From the NCBI GenBank assembly GCA_964643725.1, contig CAZXTL010000002.1:5574-69573 (forward strand): DNA of 64,000 nucleotides. Reading direction: 5' to 3'. The stretch's first letter is position 1, and each line of letters opens with the position of its first letter. The position numbers were made by a program, and so were the translations under genes. The stretch is from an uncultured Candidatus Marinamargulisbacteria bacterium (GTDB lineage: Bacteria > Margulisbacteria > Riflemargulisbacteria > GWF2-35-9 > DYQY01). Below, piece by piece: positions 53,313 to 62,300 of the stretch. The notes below the pieces were generated by a model. That model searched no databases and was not told the origin of the DNA. It saw nothing but the letters and a program-made list of their open reading frames with translations.

Positions 53313-56300
53313 TTATTTCCTTACTCCATCAGCTTCATTAAGTCCACTTAAAATAAGCTCATTTCCGCGCTTAAGAATTGTTGTTCCTTTGCTTAATGAG
53401 CTCTCCACTCTTTCCCTTAATCTATCCCTTGTTTCCTTTGACAAATATCCAACAGCTTGACCCACCGCATCGCCTAAGGTAGGCAAAGATATTATAAGAT
53501 ACTCTAATGTACTATCATAGCTTTCCCTAAGTTTAGCTAAACCTAATCTTGCCTCATTAGAATTTTGAGCTAACTTAGCTTCATACAAAGCCAATATCTT
53601 TAGAGCTGCAACAAACTTTTCTTGAGGATCGTTATTGCTATTAATAAAACTTTCAATTAACTCCTTAACCATTACTTCACCTTTATTATTTAAAACTAAT
53701 AAACTATTTACATTTGATGAAAAAGGTTGAAACGTATCTTGTCCCCACGAACTTAACTTTAAGTATGCTGTTATATACTCCTGTAAATAACTGCTGACTT
53801 TCTCATTATCAATTAAGGCTGGGCTCTTCTCAAGTTGCCTCAGCACAGACTTAACTGCTTCATTTCTTAAGTCTTTTGACAATACCTCTATAGGCAGATT
53901 ACTTATTAACAAATCTGTACCTAAAGGCCTAATTGATGCTGTTGCTGATTCCAGAGGATTTACTCGATTGCTATTCGTTATTATTCTTCTTAAATCTGAA
54001 AAGTTTTGAAGGAATATTTGGCTAGTTGCTCCTTCTTTCACAGGCAAATTTAATCTTGAAATAACATTGGAAACTATACTTATTTGCTTTTGCTGTGACT
54101 CTTTCCTTACTGATAAAATCATTAGTGGAATAATTTCCTTGGCTACATCCTGTTCAAGTTGACCTGAAGAAATTAGCACATCAATTAATGCCAATGACTT
54201 ACTCACAACGATCTCAGAATCCAAAGATGACATCTTCTTTATTACATCACAAATATTTTTAACAAAACTACTTTTCTCTTTATCAGAAAGCTTCATGCTT
54301 ACCACGATTTGCTCTGCCAAATCAACAAACTGCTCAAGGTCTTGAATCGCTGTCTCTTGAGTAATATACCCTAGAATCACAGATCTGTTATCCTCAGAAA
54401 TTTGAGGACTTTTTAGAATATAATTTAAAATTTTCTCAGGTGACTTAAGCAAAATCAATTCTTTGATTTTCTCTTCTGGAGTACTCTGACTGCTTAATAC
54501 CTCCGCTATCTTCTGCTCTTTTCCTATAGTCATTTGTGCATTACTAATAAGGCTACTTAATGAGCTAAGTTTTTCAGAAAGAGTTTTCTTCTGAGATATA
54601 GTTAATTTTGATAAATTAACATCTTTTGATAAAGTATCAATTGTCTTTTGTAATTCATCATAGTCCAAAGACTTGCTGTCCTTAAATTTATTCAATTCAG
54701 TTTTTAAATCTGTACTAATCGATATTACTCCTAGCTTAACAATAACTTCAATATTCTCAACAATGTATCTTGTTTTATTAGTATAATTTTTATCAATTGC
54801 TTCATAAATATTATCAAGCAACTTGAGGACTCCTGAGACATTTTTTGCAATAATATCCTCAGGATTGAGTCCACCTTGTCCCTTTTCTGGGATAAAATTA
54901 TCTGACACTATATTCTCAACATTTGCTTGTATTTGTTGGTACTGATTAGCAACATTAACTGCTGGCAATTGGTTAATATTAAATTGTTCTGCTATTACTT
55001 TAATGACCTTAGTTTTCTCTAAAACATTCTCTTCATCTTTACCTATATTCAAAGAAGTAAATGGAATAGAAAGAGCCATATTTATTATCTTATTTATTTC
55101 TTTCTCACTTCTGGGTATGGGGCTATATTTAATAAGCTCAAAAATATCAGGCATCTTTTCCTTGACTGACTCTTCTTTAATTGTGTCACTAGTAACCAAT
55201 TTCTCTAATAAACCCATCGCCTTAATTAATGCCTTATCTGCCTTATCTGTTGGCACTTGAGCTACTGCAAGCAACAACTCTTCTACTATCTGGATATGAT
55301 CCATTTTCTTAGCTATATCCTCCAAAATATCCATAGCTAATATTTGGAACTCAGCTTCATCTTTAATTTTGACCCTATCTTCTTGCAACAGATAACGAAT
55401 TAGTGCCTTACTGTTCTCTCTGCTAACTATCTGATCATTGAGCACCACAGAATTCTCTGTAACATATCGGACAACAGCGATTGGATTATCTAATGCTATT
55501 AACTTTTCTAACTTATCCTTAGCAGTAATATCACCACTGAAAATGTTAGACAACTGTCCATCTTTGCTCTTTGTAAGGCTTATTGTTTCCAGAGTAGTCT
55601 TAAGTGCAACTAGTGATTCTTGTAACTGAACCTTAATCTTAGGATCTTTTTCAGCTTTACTTAATTCTTTCAAAACCTCAACAACTTCCAATAATTTATT
55701 AATACTATCCTTACTCTTCAAATCACCTTTCCCAACCTCTATTATAAGTTTATTAAGTTGAGGAGATATAGGTAGCTGTTGCTGTATTTGTTCTAAAGAT
55801 TGTACTACTTTGCTAACTGCTTGTGTCTCTTCCTTGGCAACTTGTTCAACATTCTTCTTGCTATTATCTATAAAAGGAGAGTAAAAAGCCTCAATAACTT
55901 TCTGAATATTCTCCAATGATTGCAAGGTTGTAGTCTGCGTCTTCCTCACGATTTCTGATAACATTCCAGCATCTGTCTGCTTGGCTTTTGCTACTTGAGT
56001 ATCGATACCTTTGTTATCAATATTAATATTATTAATAACAGGAATCGTCGCATTTGATGATATCGCCACCGACGCGGCTGATTGTATCGTAGGATCTTCT
56101 TGTTTATTTGTTTGAATCTCTTGTGCATTTAACTGCTCAGAATTCTTTCTAATCTCAAGTACCTTTGCGTCATCAAGTCTTGCCCCAATTGTCTGAGATA
56201 ATACCTCATTAGGTTGCATTATTGGCTGTACCCTTCCCTGAACAGGAGTGGTAGGTGACACCACTGCTGGAGCTGCATCATTTATTGTTGTATCTTCTTG

Positions 56301-59300
56301 CTTTTTGGTTTGAACATCGTTAACTTTTAACTTCTCTAGCTTCAAATTTATCTCTGGCATTTGTTGGGAAATCATCTTTATAACAGATGTTTGAGCTAGA
56401 ACTTCCTTTGACTTATTAATATTGTCTAAAATGCTTGGATCAGACAATATGGCTAACATAACATTCAAAACTTCTTGATCCTTACGAGGCTTTGGGTTTT
56501 CCTTAAGAGCTTGAACTAATTGAGGAACTTGTTTCTTAACATCATCTGCCTTAACGATATCCTCTCTAACCATCTCTTCAAGTAAGACTATCCCTTTAAC
56601 TAACATCTGCTCAGATTTATTTTTTGACATCACTATTACTGATGATAGTTCTTTTACTATCTGCTCTTTTGAGATTACGCTACCCATATCTTTAAGTGCA
56701 TCCTTTACCAATACATTAAACTCATCAACATCCTTTGGTTTAACCTTATCTTCTTGTAATACATAACTCATCAATGCCTTTCGATTATTCTCACCAAACA
56801 ATGGTTCTTTCATTACAACAGGATTTTCCTTTACATATCTAACTACTGCGATTGGATTATTTATCGAATTTAAAAGTTCTATCTTTTCCTCAGGTGGTGC
56901 TGTGCTATTAAATATCTTCGCTAAGGCTCCATCCTTACTCTTCGTAAGACTTATTGTCTCTAGAGTTGTCTTTAGTTCAGTAAGAGCTTCTTGTATCTGA
57001 ACCTTTATCTTAGGATCCTTTTCAGACTTACTTAGTTCTTTTAATACCTCTACTACTTCCAATAATTTATTCATACTATCCTTACTCTTCAAATCACCTT
57101 TACTAATCTGAGTAATAAGTTCTGAGGAGATAGGCATTTGTTGTTTTATTTGTTCGAGAGATTTCACAATCTCCTTCACTGCTTCTTTTTCTTCCTTGTC
57201 AATTTGGGCTGAATCCCTTTTGCTCTTATCTACAAATGGATCATGAAAAGAATCTATTATCTGCTGTATAGAAGCTATTGCTAGCATTGTTGAAGGCTCT
57301 GTTACTTTTGGCCCTTCCCCTGCCATTGTCTGTTTTGCTTGAGCTACAACTGGAACGCTATTAACTTTTTGTGTCTGATTATTACTAACAGGTGAAACTG
57401 TAGCTCCTTGTGCTGCTGCTCCTGCTTGAACAGTTGTATCCTCGGAAGTATCCTCTGCCAGACTTTGTACAGTTGCCTGCAACTGAGCATCATTTCTCCT
57501 GTTTTTATTTTCTGTATCCAAAGATATCTTGCCGTCCTCAAAAATAGCTTGATCCTTGTGTTCTAAATTTACTTTAGCTCCTACAACCTCAAATCCACTA
57601 GTAGCGAGTGATGATTCTGCCTTCTTCATCTGCAAGGTTGTCAGCACACTACTTTCAGCATTATTTTGCCCTTGAGTAAGAGCAATATCATCCAAAACTT
57701 TCAGACCCTCAGCAGAAAAATCTATTCGATGTGTTCTTTTGTCAGTAGGAGTCGTAAATTCTGCGGAAATATGAGCCGGACTATTAGCATTAGAGTCTTT
57801 AGTAATAACAAACTGATAATTATCAATATTAAGTTCTTTAGCAATAGCTGCCATTAAAGCAATTATTCTATCGCAATCATTTTCATCTATTTCATATTTC
57901 TCTTTACTAAATTGAGTAAGTTTATCAACAATCTTTGCACGTACTGCTTGCATGTCTACTTTTCCATCTATTATAGAAGAGGTAACAGCTTCATTAACTG
58001 CCTTTTTAGCCTCATCAGCCAATGAGCTTTGGTTAATAACAGTTACATTTTTACTTTTCAAAAATATATTTTGAACCGCAAATGTAGTTAACGCTGTTAC
58101 TATTTGATTGCGTGTTAGTGGATCTGAAGCTGCTTTAGGCCCTGCCTTGTCAACCGCTCCAGGAACAACCTTAGTCTTAGCTATATCTCCAAACGCCTCT
58201 CTAATTGGTCCTTGGAGTGCCTCTCTCACTTGCGAAATAGAAAGGGCTGAACCTAAAACATCCAATGCCTGATTTATTACTGCTTGAAGCGCTACAGTTG
58301 GGTTACTGTTTATCCCTGCATTAATAGCTGAAAATCCAGAATTGCCAGCCCCGGATGACGTGCCCGCTTGTACTCCTTGTAAAACCTCATAGACCTTTGC
58401 TCTTTGCGAAATAGCATCGCTAATAAGTTTTTTAAGTAACATACTAGTTATTTCTGAATTAAATGACTTAAGTTTATCTTGAGCATCAAAAATGCCTGGT
58501 TCCTCTTTACCTGCGACAGAATCTATCTTTTGGTTAACGTCCTTTGGTGTTGCATTTGGTGCTGCATTTGGTGCTGCGTTTGGTGCTGCATTTGCTACTG
58601 CGTCTGTTACCGCTGGCGCTGCATTTGCTACTGCATCTGTTACCGCTGGCGCTGCTGTTGCGACTGCATCTGTTACCGCTGGTGCTGCATTTGCCACTGC
58701 TTCTGTTACTGCTGGTGCTGCTGTTGCGGTTGCGTCTGCTACTGCTGGTGCTGCTGTTGATAAAGCATCTGTTACTGCTACAGCTGCTGTTGCGACAGCG
58801 TTTCCTACTGTTACTGCGACATCTGCTAGCGCGCCTAGAATCCCGCCACCTCCTCCAGATGTTGCTGGTGCTGCTTTTGCTGGTGCTGGTGCAGATTGCG
58901 CTGCTGGTTTTGTTTCTGCTTTTGTTTCTGGTTTTGCGGCTGTTGCTTGTGCTTTATCCACAGATGTTGCTGATTGACCTTTAGTGCTCGGATCGTTGTA
59001 CTTTGCCTTTGCAATATCTATAAGAGCAGCTAAAACTAAATTCGCCATACTATCAAACATCGTTTTCATTCTCTCTGACATTTGTAAGGCAAAAGCAGAA
59101 TCTTCACTTGCAGCAGCATTACTTTGTATCTTACGTGATAAAGCATCACCAGAATTACCTGTACCAAAAGCCTTCTCGGCTTTAGCTTCCGCGTTAGCTC
59201 TAAATTCTTCTCTCGCTTTTTTCTCTACATAATAAGTCAAATATTCTTTTATTAAGTTTCTTATTAGATTCATTAAAATACTTGTTACTTTGGTACTTAA

Positions 59301-62300
59301 CCCATCACCACCGCCTCCATAGCCAGTTGTTAACGCAAGAAGGGCCCGAAGCACCTTGGCTGTCGCACTCATATCAGGGCTGTCTCCATCGCCAGTAAGT
59401 GCATTGTTTGACATAGCATCACCAATTTGTATTATGGCTCCTGCTATCGAAAGAACTGAGAAAATCATCGTAATCATTGCCGCTGCTTGTGCTGCAGCAA
59501 GATTCTCTTGTGCTGTAACCACTTTATTCCATGCAGACACTTGAATCTTGGCAAGAGCCACTGCTAATTGAAGAGCTATCTGCATTGCGCTTGCTTGATA
59601 CCCTACTATTGCTTGTGTCTTTTGAAAGTTTTCAACTGTTGAAGGTGTTCTAAACATCATACTCATTACAGCTTGCTTTGCATCTGCTGCTGCCTGAGCT
59701 ATAGCAATCTGAGCAGCCCAAGTTCTCTCCCAATTCTTAATTGCTCTCTGAGCAGCAAGCGCAGCAGAAGGGTCGTAAGTGACCCGTCCACCAGAAGAAG
59801 AAATTATCATCCCACTGCCCGCATGATTAACAATATCAAAGGCAGAACTAGTCAAAGCACTATTAGTGCCAGAACTTTCAAGTTCATCAAAATTAAGTCC
59901 AAACATTTTCGAATAAGCTTCTTTCATCCTAGCTATTGCTGTTTCTTTGTCTTCTATTTGCGCCTGACTTTGAAAAATAGAAACAAGAGCATTAGCTATC
60001 GTTACTAACCCAGCCAATATGTTAGCAATCGTCATTAATGTCGAAAGAGGTTCTGCTATTGCTTTAAGACATGAAGCAACAATGGATAAAACAGCTATTC
60101 CAATACTAATCCAACCGTACATATTGGCTGTATTCATAGCATCTCTCGCGGCGGCTATATCTAACTGTGCATCAAGTAGAATCTTATCTATTTGCATTTG
60201 AAGCTGCTTCCTTTGCGCCTCTAGCCCCCTCATGGTCATAACATAGGAACCAAAAGCCTGAAAACCAGCCATAACAAATTTCGACTGACTGCCAGTATTA
60301 ACACCAAATAAAACGGTAATAATAATTGTTCGTGCATCCATCATGGCAGAGGATATCGCTAATACTGCAAACATCTGAGCAAGGAAAGCAGTTGAAGTAT
60401 TTTCGTTACCATTTAAGGCACCAGTCATCGCACTATTGAGTCCCTGAAAAAGGACACTCATGTTACCGTCTTCTGTCTCTATTCCACTATATAACCAATC
60501 AGGAATATTAAAAGAAGGACCAACAGAAAATTTATCCTTATAATCCTCATATAATTTTTTAGCAAATTCATACGCATCCTTAGCTTCTGCCATAGATTGC
60601 ATAGCTGCATAAATAGACCAAAGGGCACCTAATATCCCAATAATCACTCCTGCAACACTACATAAAGCAGCTAGCGAAACACAAGTGACAATGGTATTAA
60701 TTATTACCCTTGCCATCTGTCCTTCTATGGCACTAATTTGCTGTTTGATACTCTTTAATTGCATTTCGACCTGTAATTTTCTATTGTATTCACTGGCTTT
60801 TGCATACAACATTGTAGAATTGTAATCAAAGGCAGAACTTATACTTGAAAAAGTACCAGTAACCCATGACTGTAATGCCTGCATCATATCTACTTTCGTC
60901 TGAACATTAAAAAGCACCTGCATCACAGCACTTCTGGCATCTGCCATAGAATCAACAATTGCAAGCATACTTAAAAGCATAATCTGAAAAGCCATTATCT
61001 TGGCATTAATGTCATTTATCTGACCAGTAGCACTCATGCCCGAAAGAAGTCCCCAAGCTTGAGCCACAATATTATTCATCTGGTTACCAAAGTTAATGGA
61101 CATATCCGTAGTGGTAAGTATTTCTCCTACTTCATTCCCACCTTCCTCATACTCATCATTTAACCAACTTAATTTTAATAGGTTATACTCTAAAGAAATA
61201 TCATTCTCTAGATTTTCCTCCATTTGCTCTAAAATACTTTTCGTATAAGCCAGTTGAACATATGAATAAACACCTAACATTACTGCACCAATAATGGCAC
61301 CAGCAATAAGTAAGGATCCTCCTCCTGTAAAAACTGCTAATACAACACAAACAATCAAAAGAATTACTGCAAAAATCATAAAAAAGAATGACCCAAAAAA
61401 CCCAGGTCCGTCTTTGACTTTATCCCATACCTTTACTGCATCTTCATAGCTCTTTCTGGCTAATTTAATATTCTCTAAATTAGTTACTTCTTGTTTTAAA
61501 AAATTAGAATACCTTGATATCCATTGTTTCTCTGCACCTCTTACTGCAGAGGCAATTTGTGCAATACCTGCTCTGTCGTCATTCCAAGAATTTATTCCAA
61601 ATAATATCTTAAGAATCATGCTGGAGATATCCATGGTTGTTTCCATTAATACATAACCAGTCTGTTCAACCATGACCATATCATCGAACCTAGCAGATAC
61701 CTGTAGGTTATTATCAACATTGGCGCCACCAAGAACTGCCTGCCAAATATTAGCTGTTTCCCAAGAATTGGACATTCCAGATAATTTTTGCATGGCTGCT
61801 CTACAAGATGATATTAATAAATTATTAACATTATTATTTTGCTCTGCAAGCAACAAATTACCATGCGAAATTAACACGTTTTCATAAGCAGCTCGCTTTT
61901 TACTATCTACTTTCTTTGCACATTCTTTAGCTATTCTCTCTACTTCTGCAATATTTAACTCATATGCTTCTGAGTTATTTTCCATTGCATCTTCTAATGC
62001 GTTAGTAATAAGACCATCTAAATTACTTATTTCGCTAGAATACTTATCAGATATCCTTTGCGCTGATAGAACTTTAACATTTTCATATTTATACCCAAAC
62101 AGAAACTGAATCATCATATTCTTAACGTCTAACAATTCATTAAAAAGAATAACGCAAGCCATCATAATATAGATTTGAATTTTGATCCCAATAAACTCAT
62201 CTACCATCCCTTCAAAATCAACACCAGTAAAAGGAACCCAATTCCCCGCCGCAAAAGCTGCTGTCTCTTCTGTTACACCAGAAAGATCAACTGGAATCTC

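Noticed and set aside
58479-58984. Three overlapping plus-strand ORFs (poly-Ala, poly-Leu and Cys/Trp-rich)
   Set aside because: Antisense read-through of the in-frame tandem-repeat region of the giant minus-strand gene. Repeat DNA keeps all frames open by chance.
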